Source: Squalus acanthias (taxonomy: Eukaryota). Taken from it: DNA of 64,000 nucleotides. The number at the start of each line of letters is the position of its first letter. The stretch's first letter is position 1. A program made the translations under genes and the position numbers. Positions 23,683-35,079 of this stretch are shown here, piece after piece. The stretch is taken from positions 16,928,001 through 16,992,000 of the forward strand of contig CM059433.1 of assembly GCA_030390025.1 (NCBI GenBank). Reading direction: 5' to 3'. The notes beneath the pieces were generated by a model. The model was not told the origin of the DNA and did no database searches. It was given only the letters and a program-made list of their open reading frames with translations.

Positions 23683-25540
23683 CTCCCCCCCTGGCTACAG
23701 AGGGAAATACTAAAGTATACCTTCACTTCCCGTGTTCCCATCAGCGGCCTGATCTCAGTAGAGCTACAGGCTTTAAAACCCATACAGAGCCTGCCCATTT
23801 AAATGAATTTCTGTGCGAGTGAAGGTCAGGAACTCTCACTGCAGGGTTTGAGCGATTGGGCTGAGCCATTCACTCCACCCACAATAGTCAAAATTGGAGG
23901 AGGCACCAATTCTGTTGCTGCTGTGACTCTGCTGCCTTTAGGGATGCAGGGCAAAATCTCTTCTCCAACTGGGTCTTTTTATTTACCTTGCACGCTGCAG
24001 TCATTGTCAGGGTTGACAACACCAAGTTCATGCAGCATAAAGGGCGAATCGTTTTCCTGTTGTTCTTTCAGTAGCACACTGGAAGGAACTCTACACCAGG
24101 GGCTAAATTGGGTCAGGGGATATTACGTGTACTCTCTATATATGTACACAACAGGAACTCATGTAGCTTGACAGAATTATCTACTATACTAGCTCAAGAG
24201 CCAAACACTCTGTGCTAATAGGTTGTTGCTTTAACATTATTCCAAACAGGAATGTCTCTACCTAAAAAGTGCATCATATACATAATTGGAAGGACCTTAA
24301 CCAGAGTTTTAGGATGCGGAGTTTTAGGAGTTATACTGCAGCCACAGATCTCGCATTAGTATCTGCAGAGTGCAATGTATAGTTGCCAGAGCAGAGTTAT
24401 ACTGCTGACTGTGCCTTCAGCCACAAAAAGAGTTCTGCATGAGTGCAAAGAGCTCTGCCCCAGGCAGCTAATTTTTAATGCTAGAAGAAAACGAGCAGCT
24501 CTTAGAACATTGAAAAGATTCCAAATAAAGTTTTAAAAAGCTCCCAACCTGGGTCCTTTTAATATGTTGGCTTTCACCAGGCTGAAGTTATGTTGCTGCT
24601 GGTGTGAGATGACTGCCTAACAGGGTCTAACATCGCTTGGATTCACTGTGCTCAGTAGTCAACCAGCGCTGGGCTCCCAAATTATATTGTCACTTTCAAG
24701 TCTATGCGTGTCCAAAGCCATTTTACATCAATACAAAAGTGACAATATAACTGCATGCTTAGTGACATATGAAGAATTTATCATCAGCCTATTTTAAAGA
24801 ACAGTTCATTTTACCTAACAGTAATTATATTCTTACATAACAATTACTCAAGTGTTTTCCACTCATCAACCATTCAACCAGAGTTCCTCATCTGAAATCA
24901 AGGTTCTGCAGTACTTTTAACAATAAAAAGTGTTTTAATTTATTGCTTTTGCAATTTCATAAATCGTAAGATTTCAGGATGTCAGGTTGATCGCCAACCT
25001 TTTACAGGGCAGCTCTGGAGTTTATATTTGCAAGGTTTGTGCGTTGGCAATCAATATGAAACAGCCAGTCAGTTTTTAAGCATTGCATGGAACCAGAATT
25101 GTTTCCAGAAGTTACTGCAGCATTGATCATAATTAAAGTAGAAAAAGAAATTTCTAACCAGAAGGTCAATAAATATGATGGCCTGCTGTTAACCACATCA
25201 TGTGATCTCATTCAGAACAAACCATTGTAGTAAAGCATTGTATCCTTTTGATGTTAATGACACTTCCAGTCAGTGAACATGACAATTATAGGCCAGTTAT
25301 ACTACACATTCTGCATCAATTGAAGTAGTTTTGACTTTGTATCGATGCAAATTCTATTGTGTGTCTGGAGACAGCAAGTCGCCAGAGTAAGATTTACTGG
25401 TAAGAGACCATTTCGAGGAGGGAGCCTCAATACTTCAGCTTTGCGATGGCTGCAATATGGCTCTGGGGGAAAAAAAAAAATCAATGGCTAGAAAACTATT
25501 GTGAATCCGACACTCCTCGCCAGGAGCAGAGACTCGCTGT

Positions 25541-25725
25541 GGGGGTAATTTTAACCTAACCTGCCACTGGGGAAACTAGCCAGGTCGGGTGCAACGCTGG
25601 TTTCACAACCCACTCGATTTTAGTCTCCATTGAAGTCAATGGAAGCAGCATTGGGCAGGTGTAAAACCAGTGTTCCACCCAATCCTGTGGGTTTCCTGTC
25701 AGGCAAGATACATCAAAATTACCTC
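25541..25725. mobile_element. Short MITE
   Basis: TIR-like GGGGGTAATTTT / AAAATTACCTC with extended fold-back around a CCATTGAAGTCAATGG centre. Confidence 0.6.
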
Positions 25726-26214
25726 TGCAATTTAAGGGCTTATAATCATAACTGATTTAAAGCAAAAAAACATTAAAACTGTGAAGTTTTAATCTTTTCA
25801 ATTTGAACAGTGGGTCCCATCAGCTTATTGTTAATATGAAGACTGAAACGGCTTTCCAATGCCAGTGACCAGATCTCTGCCTATATGCACACACACACCC
25901 CTCCATTCTCCCTGGTCACAGAGCGGCATGCAACTGGGGACTATCGGCTCTGCATTGATAGACAGGTACTGGACTCAGCACCAGTGCCAGTAGTTCAACA
26001 CCATTAATACTTCAGTAATAAACCAGGCTCAAGAACACATTTGAATGCTAACCCCCGAAATCAGTTAAATCATTCCATTCCAAGTTGAAAGGTGCCTGGG
26101 ACAGAAGTGCAAAACTGTGAGGGAGCATTTTGTTTTTTGCCACTCCAGCTTTTTTCAACCCTCCTGTTAAATGAAGCTCTGCTACAGTGAAAACAGGGTA
26201 GTTTCACCAGCAGC

Positions 26215-26762
26215 AGCCATTTGGAGTACAGTGTACAATTTTGGTCTCCATATTTAAGGAAGGATATACTTGCATTGGAGGCAGGTTAACTAGGTTGATT
26301 CCTGGGATGAAGGGGTTGACGTGTGACGAAAGATTGAGCAGGTTGGGCCTATACTCATTGGAGTTTAGAAGAATGAGAGGTGATCTTATTGAAACATAAG
26401 ATTCTGAGGGGGATTGACAGGGTGGATGCTGAGAGGATGTTTCCCCTAGTGGGGGAATCTAGAACTAGGGGACATAGTCTCAGAATAAGGGGTCGCCCAT
26501 TTAAGACGGAGATGAGGAGGAATTTCTTCTCTCAGAGGGTCGTGAATCTTTGGAATTCTCTACCCCAGAGAGCAGTGGAGTCGGAGTCACTGAATATATT
26601 CAAGGCGGAGATCGACAGACATTTGAACTACAAGGGAGTCGAGGGGCATGGGGAGAGAGCGGGAAAGTGGTGTTGAGGCCAAGATTGGATCAGCCATGAT
26701 CTTATTGAATGGCGAGCAGGCTCGAGGGGCCGATTGGCCTACTCCTGCTCTGCTTCTTATGT
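26215..26762 (+). mobile_element. CR1 LINE 3' fragment
   Basis: HLEYSVQFWSPYLRKDIL...ESRTRGHSLRIRGRPFKTEMRRNFFSQRVVNLWNSLP plus 3' UTR. Confidence 0.93.
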
Positions 26763-26766
26763 CAAT

Positions 26767-26908
26767 GGGGAAGGTTTTCCTGTTCCTGTGCCTAGGCTAT
26801 TAGGATCAGCGCATAGAGGTAAATTAGTGCTCCGCCTCTGAGTTTTCCTCTATGCGCTTACTCAGGCAATCTAATACACCCAAGTGCAGGAACAGGGAAA
26901 TCTGCCCC
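26767..26908. mobile_element. Short palindromic MITE
   Basis: GGGGAAGGTTTTCCTGTTCCTG / CAGGAACAGGGAAATCTGCCCC, with inner AGCGCATAGAGG / CCTCTATGCGCT. Confidence 0.65.
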
Positions 26909-27343
26909 ATGACTCAATGTTCCGTGCCACATTTCCACTGTGGCACTGCAGTATAAATGAGGTACAAGTGGAACTGCCCAATTCATTTTGTTGGCTATCA
27001 GTATGGCATTATTAGAAATCTCATTATACATACTGCATAATTACACAAACAAATATTAGCATAAATGCTACTGCCCTGGAGCTCCCTAAAATAGTGTTTG
27101 GACAACCTTGGGTGATTTCCTGAAACAAGTTTCCATGTATTGACAATGAGGTACCAGCCTGGTCTGACAAGAGCTTGCTATCACCTGGGGGAGAAGGATG
27201 GGAAAGAGTGTGCAGCTGCAGCTCTTACAGGCTGTAGCTATTACTTAAAATGGGCTGCTTGATTATTGCCAAGAAGAAAACTGGAAGTGAATGGCCAACA
27301 ACAGAGTACCGCTATTTTTAGCTGCTGCTCAAAAAAGGTGCTT

Positions 27344-28080
27344 ATAAGAACATAAGAAGTAGGAGCAGGAGTCGGCCATACGACCCTTCGGGCCTGCTCC
27401 GCCATTCAATAGGATCATGGCTGATCCGAACCTAGACTCACGTCCACTTCCCTGCCCGCTCCCCATAACCCTTAATTCCCTTATCAGCTAGGAAACAGTC
27501 TATCTCCGTTTTAAATTTATTTAATGTCGCAGCTTCCACAGCTCTCTGGGGCAGCAAATTCCATAGATTTACTACCCTCTGAGTGAAGAAGTTTCTCCTC
27601 ATCTCAGTTTTGAAACGGCAGCCCCTTATTCTAAGATTATGCCCCCTAGTTCTAGTCTCACCCATCAGTGGAAACATCCTCCCTGCATCCACCCTATCAA
27701 GCCCTCTCACAATCTTATATGTTTCGATAAGATCGCCTCTCATTCTTCTGTATTCCAATGAGTAGAGGCCCAACCTACTCAACCTTTCCTCATAAGTCAA
27801 CCCCCTCATCTCCGGAATCAACCGAGTGAACCTTCTCTGAACTGCCTCTAGAGCAAGTATATCTTTTCTTAAATATGGAAACCAAAACTGTACACAGTAC
27901 TCCAGGTGTGGCCTCACCAGTACCCTGTATAGCTGAAGCAAGACTTCCCCTGCTTTTATACTCCATCCCCCTTGCAATAAAAGCCAAGATTCCATTGGCC
28001 TTCCTGATCACCTGCTGTACCTGCATACTAACCTTCTGTGTTTCATGCAACAGGACCCCCAGATCCTTTGTACTGTAGCA
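27344..28080 (-). mobile_element. CR1 LINE 3' fragment
   Basis: LYRVLVRPHLEYCVQFWFPYLRKDILALEAVQRRFTRLI... and a (CTTATGTT)-type terminus. Confidence 0.95.
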
Positions 28081-28551
28081 CTAGTGCTTCTGCAAGATGT
28101 GCAGAAAAGGAGGATTGGACTGTTTAGAAACCCTGGGCACCCTGAACACTGGCAAACTATACACCTACTTGGCTAAGATAGATACCCAGACTGGGCATAG
28201 GACTGGGGGCTTTGCTGTAGATGCCATGCATGTTAGCAAAAGCTCCACGGTATACTGCAGTTAAGCAGTATTGCACAACTGTGCATGTGTGGCTACTGGA
28301 CTCCGCCATAGTTACCACCAGATCTTGCAAGATGCTAGGCACACTCGAGTGTGTGCTAAGCAAGGTGTGGTGGTGGCTGTGGAGGAGTTCAATACCTGCA
28401 TGTAGGCAACCTTGTATTAAAGCACTTAACAGAATTGCAGTTTACCATGAAGCACATTGCAGCAACAGGAGTATTTGCAGCAGAGCCCCCTTGTGACAAA
28501 AGTCCCAGTTTCAGTGTGAAGTTTCTCTCAGGAATGCTACACTGCTGCTAT

Positions 28552-28826
28552 AAGTCAGCCTTGGATCAATGGTTGCATTCTCTTCTTAAGTCAGAAGGTT
28601 GTGGGTTCAAGCCCCACTTGAGCATATAATCCAACCTGACACTTCAGTGCAGTACCGAGGGAATGCTGCACCATCAGAGATGCCGTTTTTCAGGTGAGCA
28701 TTAAACCGAGGCCTTGTCTGTCCTCTCAGGTGAATGTAAAAGATCCCATGGCACTTTTAGAAGAGATGGGATGTTCTCCTAGTGTCCAGAACAACATTAT
28801 TAAAACAAATTATCTGGTCATTGATC
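28552..28826 (+). mobile_element. DeuSINE-like (SacSINE1-type) SINE, diverged
   Basis: B box GGTTCAAGCCCC; Deu-domain-like GCTGCAC...GATGCCGTTTTTCAGGTGAG..TTAAACCGAGGCC...AAAAGATCCCATGGCACT. Homologous to 52933-53374. Confidence 0.75.
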
Positions 28827-30019
28827 ACCTAAATATGTCAGTTCCCACACAGATCAGTGGACATGCTGAGCGAGTACCTAGCAGAAGGGTATGGCTGGAA
28901 GAGGCATTGATGAGGCTACTGTTTCTCAGCACAATGCCATATCCAGCCCATTCAATTAGAAGCCAAAAGATGTGCCAGAAAGTTGACAGGAGCAGCCAGC
29001 CACGGCAGCAAAAGACATGGTGGCACCTGTTGCATTGCCATCTGATCACTCAGCACAAGGAGGTACAAGACCACCTCAATTCCAAAAGGCTCCCTCCGAC
29101 ACCATGCAACCTCACTTGTTCTTGTCACTAGGGAAGTATCTAGGAGGAGCACGATAGGATGCAGAACATATAAAACACCATCACCAAAGGCAAGCACTGG
29201 GAGAAAAATCCACGAGCAACATACATTAATCAGTTTTGGGAAATTACATTTGATCACACTTTAGTTCAGCTGCATCCAGACAGTTTTCTTCTGACAATGT
29301 AGAATAAGATATTAGCAGATTATGGCAGCTGAATTAGTGCAGCGGCCTTTGTTGAAGATGTATTGGGTCACTGCATTGAGCACATGGAGAGGACAGTTAA
29401 TGCATTGGATGGGTGGTACTTTGCCATGAGAGCCTGCTGTATTACTCTTGCTGCCTGCAAAAGTATTTCCACAGGGATATCTTCTCACTGATCCTCAGTC
29501 TTGCTTTGCCCTGAACAGCTGGTGGTGCCTTCTCTTATTTTATGACTTATAAGTTTGGTACTGTCAAGAAGGACTGGAAATTTTCACTGAGGTGTAAAAT
29601 TCATAAGATTATATTTGCATTTGTGGTACAAATGGAGGAAAAGATTCATCAGCAGCATTGGGTGAAGCATCTCCAAGTATAGATTCCTGCAGACACTTGT
29701 GGGACTAACTACGTTTTGATATTTAAATAATTTTCAGATAGTGTAAGTCTCATGCGAGAAAACTATGATCTCTATGTCAAGGAATTGGTGGCACTTCAAG
29801 CAACTTCTAATAAATCAGTGGGTGTATCCACCAACCATACATGAAAGTTGCAAATAGCAAAATTCTGGGTTATAGTAGTGGCTACAATCTGTTTCAGTCA
29901 CGAAGAGAGCTGAACAGAGTTTTGAAATGGCCATGACATTCACTGTCCAGGCTTACATATTACGCATAGGGCATGAAACAGCAGGTTCAGAGTTTGGGGC
30001 TTCAGCCTGGTTGGGCCTA

Positions 30020-30560
30020 TTTATTAGCCATTATAAGGTTGAGTAGGAGCAGATGGACAGTGACGGAAATTTGTTGTTAGCAATAGGTTTTGGGGTGGGG
30101 GAGGGTGTAAGTGTGGTTTTATCCATTGTCATCAGATTTGAGATTGAGAGATTCAGGGTGATTCACATTATGTATTGCTATTAGGTTGAAGTGTTGGGGG
30201 GGGGGCGGGGGGGGGCGGCAGAGTTCAGCATAATTATTATTTACTGTCATTATGCTGAAGGGAAAAGTCAGCGTGATGAATGTCATCAATTGCCAATAGG
30301 TTTGAGGGGATAGGGCAGGGGGACTTCTGTGTATTTAATATCTATTGTCAGTAGGTTTCAGGGTGAGGCAAGAGAGGTCAGAGTGACTAGCGTTATCTAC
30401 AGTCAGTACATTTGAGGTCTAGGTGGGGTTCAGTGTGGTTGGTGTCATCAGTGAGCAGCACTTCGGAAGCCAAGAGAGATGCGTAGTTGAAATTATTTGC
30501 ATGCAGTATGTTCACATCTGGGGAGGTTCAATGTGGTTGCAGTTGTCAACAGTAGTTTCA
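30020..30560. repeat. Highly diverged ~50-55-bp tandem repeat
   Basis: About 10 units recur with approximate consensus ATCTATTGTCAGTAGGTTTGAGGG...GGTTCAGTGTGAT (e.g. near 30121, 30285, 30340, 30395). Confidence 0.55.
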
Positions 30561-31296
30561 CTGATGAGGGCGAGTATGCGTTGGATCTATATCGGCAGGG
30601 AAACATTGATCTAGGGCTCAAAGGTTTGTTGCTGCTGACATTACTGTTAAGATCTCCCCACATCCCAAGTTGTGAAGTTTCATAGTTATAGACACTGACG
30701 GTTAGTTTTTGTTCTCAGCTGAATCCCAGAAGCTAACAGTAAACATCTTTAACAGTGCTGGGACATCTCATCTCACAATCGAAACACAAGAAATGCTTGC
30801 AGCACTGTGAAGTAGAAAGAACTCTCCTACTTGCAGATACAATCAGTGTTCCCATATCCAGCTCCAACCTTTCATTGCTTTTCTCGATTCTTCGGTCATC
30901 TCTAATTCTTTACAGCCTGTTTCAGTATTTTGTTACTCTCCATTGATACTACAGTTCTGTTACTCCTTTATTGTATCCATTTTCTCTGATTTGTTGTTTT
31001 TTTTAAAAAAAAAATCAGTGAATAGTTCAGTTAGAAAGGTTAATTAAAATAGCTATCAGAGTACCTGAATAACTTCCAGCACAGATTCTGCCCCCAAGTG
31101 GAATAGTGAAGCTACTCACCATTTAGGTTCACTGTCAGTCAGCAATTTGTGTTCATCATCTTTATTGAAAAGTGCGGTTACTTCTTTCCAACCTTTTAGA
31201 CTTGCTCCTTGAACCTAAATCAAGGGAAGAGTTTATTAATGTAATAATAATTAGTAGGCACAGTGTGTAATGACAGGAATATATCTGGATTCCCTT

Positions 31297-31620
31297 GATG
31301 GCTCCGTTGGTAAGCGTGGAACAGGCATACAGATCAGAATGGTCCCAATGCTCTGGGCCGAGTTAGCGGATTTCAGCAGGAGCAACAGTGGCGGTGTTGC
31401 AATTGATCTCGGCACACATGGGCTAGGCAGGAGGAAAAAAAAATTCCAGAGATCCTGCTCCTCAACGCCATGCAGTGAACCATGCTAGAACGCGCACATG
31501 GAGTTGGACTTTGGCTAATATGCCTCACAGTTGAAGTGCCGTCAAGATTCAAACTTAAGAATGGCCACTTGGGCAAGCTACTGCAGGATGACTGGTGCTT
31601 AGAGAGCGATACTCCAACAC
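31297..31620 (+). mobile_element. Unclassified tRNA-derived SINE copy
   Basis: TGGCTCCGTTGGTAA A-box-like start; GAGTTAGCGGATTTCAGC...CCTGCTCCT...AAGAATGGCCACTTGGGCAAG shared with 19722-20075. Confidence 0.55.
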
Positions 31621-31764
31621 AAGTCAGAAAAAGGGGGGGGGGGGGGGGGAAAGAGAATGGTGGGCAGGGGGATGGGGGAGGGAACTGCAGATATTGATTC
31701 CTTAGTTCTCTGACAAAAAAAAACAGCAATTTAAAAATCTTCAAAAACTTTCATTTGATGCACT

Positions 31765-31961
31765 GGGGTAAATCCTGACTGTGATAGCGTAAAATGTGCG
31801 ATAGTGTAAAACGGGTGATAGCGAATCGGCAGCCCGTTTTACATAGACTGATTTTTTTTTTTCCATTGAAGGCAATAGAAATTAAACTCAGGAGAGATGT
31901 AAAACCGGCTGCCGATTCACTATCACCCATTTTACACCATCACAGAGTCAAGATCTATCCC
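31765..31961. mobile_element. Short palindromic MITE with 3-bp TSD (PIF/Harbinger-like)
   Basis: GGGGTAAATCCTGACT / AGTCAAGATCTATCCC; inner GGGTGATAGCGAATCGGCAGCC / GGCTGCCGATTCACTATCACCC; ACT on both flanks. Confidence 0.72.
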
Positions 31962-32549
31962 ACTGTCTCCAACAGCACAATCTACCAATCAGGAAAATAG
32001 ATAAATGGATAAACAGCAGAGACTAGCATATAGGAGAGCTGACTATACATCATTTTAAAAGTAACTGGGGCCAAGGAAAAACTTGCAAATGACAAGGATT
32101 TGTCACATCAGTGGATCATTATTTTTTCCCTACATTCAGAAAACTAGGTGGTGAAGGGCCAAGGCTCACAGTACAGGACACCAACAAGATTGAAAAGAGC
32201 AGGAGGGAAGGCAGGACCAGTCAAATAGAAGTTCGATAATGCCAAACCTGGGTTTTAGAAGCCTGTAGATTGCATGAGGAAGGGATGACGGAGGGAGGTA
32301 AGGATATTCATAGTTTTGAGGGCCTAGGAAAGAATGAGTTTGAGTAGGAGACATGGTGACAAGTCTGGATTTCAATAGTGAGGCTGCATGATAGGAAATT
32401 CAACTGTGTTCCCAATCATCTGGCTTCTACCACAGCTACACCTATATAACACAGCACTTCATGGGGGGGGGGGGGGGGGGGGAGAAAGAGAAGAAAGAGA
32501 AAAATCTGATAAGACATCAATGAGAGAATTGGAAGAGTTAAGGGAGATA

Positions 32550-32895
32550 GCATAATGGTTACAGTACTGGACTAGCAACCCAGAAGTCACTGTAGTAAAT
32601 TGTGAAATTAAATTCAGTAAATCTGGTCATTTGTGGGTTAGCACCATGCAAGATTCTGGATTATTGTAAAAATCAAATTATTTATTAATATCCTTCAAGG
32701 GAGTGAGACTACCACCCCTACCTTGTCTGGACTACAAGTGGCTCCACTCCCACACTACATGGTTGACTCTTAATACCCTCTGCAGCAACCTAGAAAGCCA
32801 CGTAGTGTGGAAGATCAACCATCACTACCTTCCAAGGGCAACTAATGATGGGCAATAAACACAGCCTTGCCAGCATCACCTACATCCAGAGAGAA
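32550..32895 (+). mobile_element. SINE of a second unclassified family
   Basis: ACTGGACTAG head, GGTTGACTCTTAA..CCCTCTG core and GATGGGCAATAAA...GCCTTGCCAGC tail; recognised from memory as an abundant shark repeat. Confidence 0.55.
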
Positions 32896-33238
32896 CAATT
32901 TTTTTTTAAATAAATGATAGCTCGGTCCAACAGGTACAAAGAAACTCCACTTTCACAACATAATCCTTAAGAAGACCCCACCATCTTTCCTGCTGTACAG
33001 CAAGATATGCAAAAGACAGGCTAAAGTTTAGCATTAAATTAATAATGCCCAGCAGCCTTATAACAGAGAACATTATCCCAAGACAAATGTGTATGTAAAA
33101 TACAGTGGTATTGTTTGAGAGAAAGGACAGTACATAACTGAATTCTAATGCTTTGTCGCTCAAGTAAAATACTAAAACATTTAGTGTTAAATGTTAATTC
33201 ACAAATTTAAATACAGGGCAACTATAAAACAGTATACA

Positions 33239-33842
33239 GAGCCAGACTTTGCTCTCAGCGTGCCGTTCGTTACACTTGCCCATAGACTTTCTATGGGATT
33301 TTGCACTGGAACTTACTTAGAATAATGAATTCAATACCAAATCAGGTACAGAAAGCAAAAGAGAGGGGGGAAAGAAAGATTGGATTAAGAAAGAGATAAA
33401 AGAGACAGAAAAAGTTTATAAAAAATGATTTACATTTTTAGAATCTCCAATAATAATTAAAATCTGAAGGAATGAGACTTCACACTTGTAAAAGTTAATT
33501 TTCAATGCCAGAGAGGTTGTTTGGTAGTAATTAAGACTTATCACGCCATTAAAGGGGTACTTAAACTGGAATGGACAAGCCCCAACTTTTTCTGGTGAGT
33601 TTAGTTCATATATCAGGTAAGTACAGCAACTTCAAACAGTTCAACATATTTGAACAGTGAGTCAGACGGCGAGATATCGTTACCCCGCAGCTTTTGGAGG
33701 AGCAGGGCAACTCGGACAGCAACTTCCTGATTTCCACGTCTAACTGTGCATGTGCGGTCGGCAGAAGTTGCTGTCCAATTGCCACGTAAATAACGGTGAG
33801 TGCTGTTAGCCTCACTGTTATTTCAACTGCAAAATCCGGCCC
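33239..33842. mobile_element. Non-autonomous TIR element (same family as 51182-52765)
   Basis: Termini GCCAGACTTTGC / GCAAAATCCGGCCC; shares AATAATTAAAATCTGAAGGAATGAGACT and GGAGGAGCAGGGCAACTCGGACAGCAACTTCCTGA with 52390-52670. Confidence 0.7.
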
Positions 33843-33899
33843 ATTATTTTTGATTAAAAACCCTGTCTTGATGCTTGAACATAACAGTATCAAGCACCC

Positions 33900-34890
33900 G
33901 TCGACGTCTGCCCTTGTTGACAGTAGGCTCCCGAGGTATGGAAAGTGGTCCACGTTGTCCAAGGCCTTGTCGTGGATTTTGATAAATCGGGGGGCAGTAC
34001 TGTGTGGCGGGGGCAGGTTGGTGGAGGACCTGTGTCTTACGGATGTTTAGTGTAAGGCCCATGCTCTCATATGCTTCGGTGAAGGTGTTGACGATGGTTT
34101 GGAATTCGACCTCCGAGTGAGCGCAGACGCAAGCGTCGTCGACGACGAAGTCCAACACCGCCTTCAGTGTGCCAGTGCAGCCTTCGGTCGCCTGAGGAAG
34201 AGAGTGTTTGAAGACCAGGACCTCAAACCTGGCACTAAGCTCATGGTCTACAGAGCAGCAGTGATACCCGCCCTGCTGTATGCCTCAGAGACATGGACCA
34301 TGTACAGCAGGCACCTCAAAGCACTGGAGAGGTACCACCAACGCTGCCTCCGCAAGATCCTGCAAATCCATTGGCAGGATAGGCGTACCAACGTCAGTGT
34401 TCTTGCTCAGGCCAACATCCCTAGCATCGAAGCTTTGACCACGCTCAATCAGCTCCGATGGGCGGGTCACATTGTCCACATGCCCAATACGAGACTCCCA
34501 AAACAAGTGCTCTACTCAGAGCTCTGGCACGGCAAGAGAGCCCCAGGTGGGCAGAGGAAACGCTTCAAGGACACCCTCAAACCCTCCTTGAAAAAGTGTA
34601 ACATCCCCACCGACACCCGAGAATCCCTGGCCCAAGACCGCACAAAGTGGAGGAGAAGCATCCGGGAAGGCGCCGAACACCTCGAGTCTCTTCGCCGGGA
34701 GCAAGCGGAAGCCAAGCGCAGGCAGCGCACGTCAACCCAAGCACCCCACCCACCTGCCCCTTCAACCACCGTCTGCTCCACCTGTGACAGACTATAGGTC
34801 CCGCATTGGACTCATCAGTCACCTGCGAACTCATTTTTAATGTGGAAGCAAGTCATCCTCGGTTCCGAGGGACTGCCTAATAAGAAGAAG
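33900..34890 (+). mobile_element. RTE-clade LINE 3' part with 5' inversion
   Basis: Forward part VDDEVQHRLQCASAAFGRL...LLYASETW...QLRWAGH...GGQRKRFKD with an AAG tail. Inverted part (33900-34140) DDACVCAH...GLTLNIRKTQV...NVDHFPYLGS. TSD ATCAAGCACCC at 33889-33899 and 34891-34901. Confidence 0.93.
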
Positions 34891-35079
34891 ATCAAGCACC
34901 CAACCCCCTCTCTTTCTGTACAATAGAGCCACTCAAAAAACATCTCAGCAGCCAGAACAGATAACAGGACATGCAAACTCAGGTAAAATTCCACTGGAAC
35001 AGACCTAAAAAAGGTAAACAATAGGAAACTTTATGTACTATAGAATATTAAATGGAGAGTCTTCAAAGCCATCTCCCAT

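Noticed and set aside
23985..25470. Minus-strand candidate exons (…VLLKEQQENDSPFMLHELGVVNPDNDCSVQ; EPYCSHRKAEVLRLPPRNGLLP)
   Set aside because: Splice-like signals are present, but there is no recognisable protein and no consistent multi-exon model.
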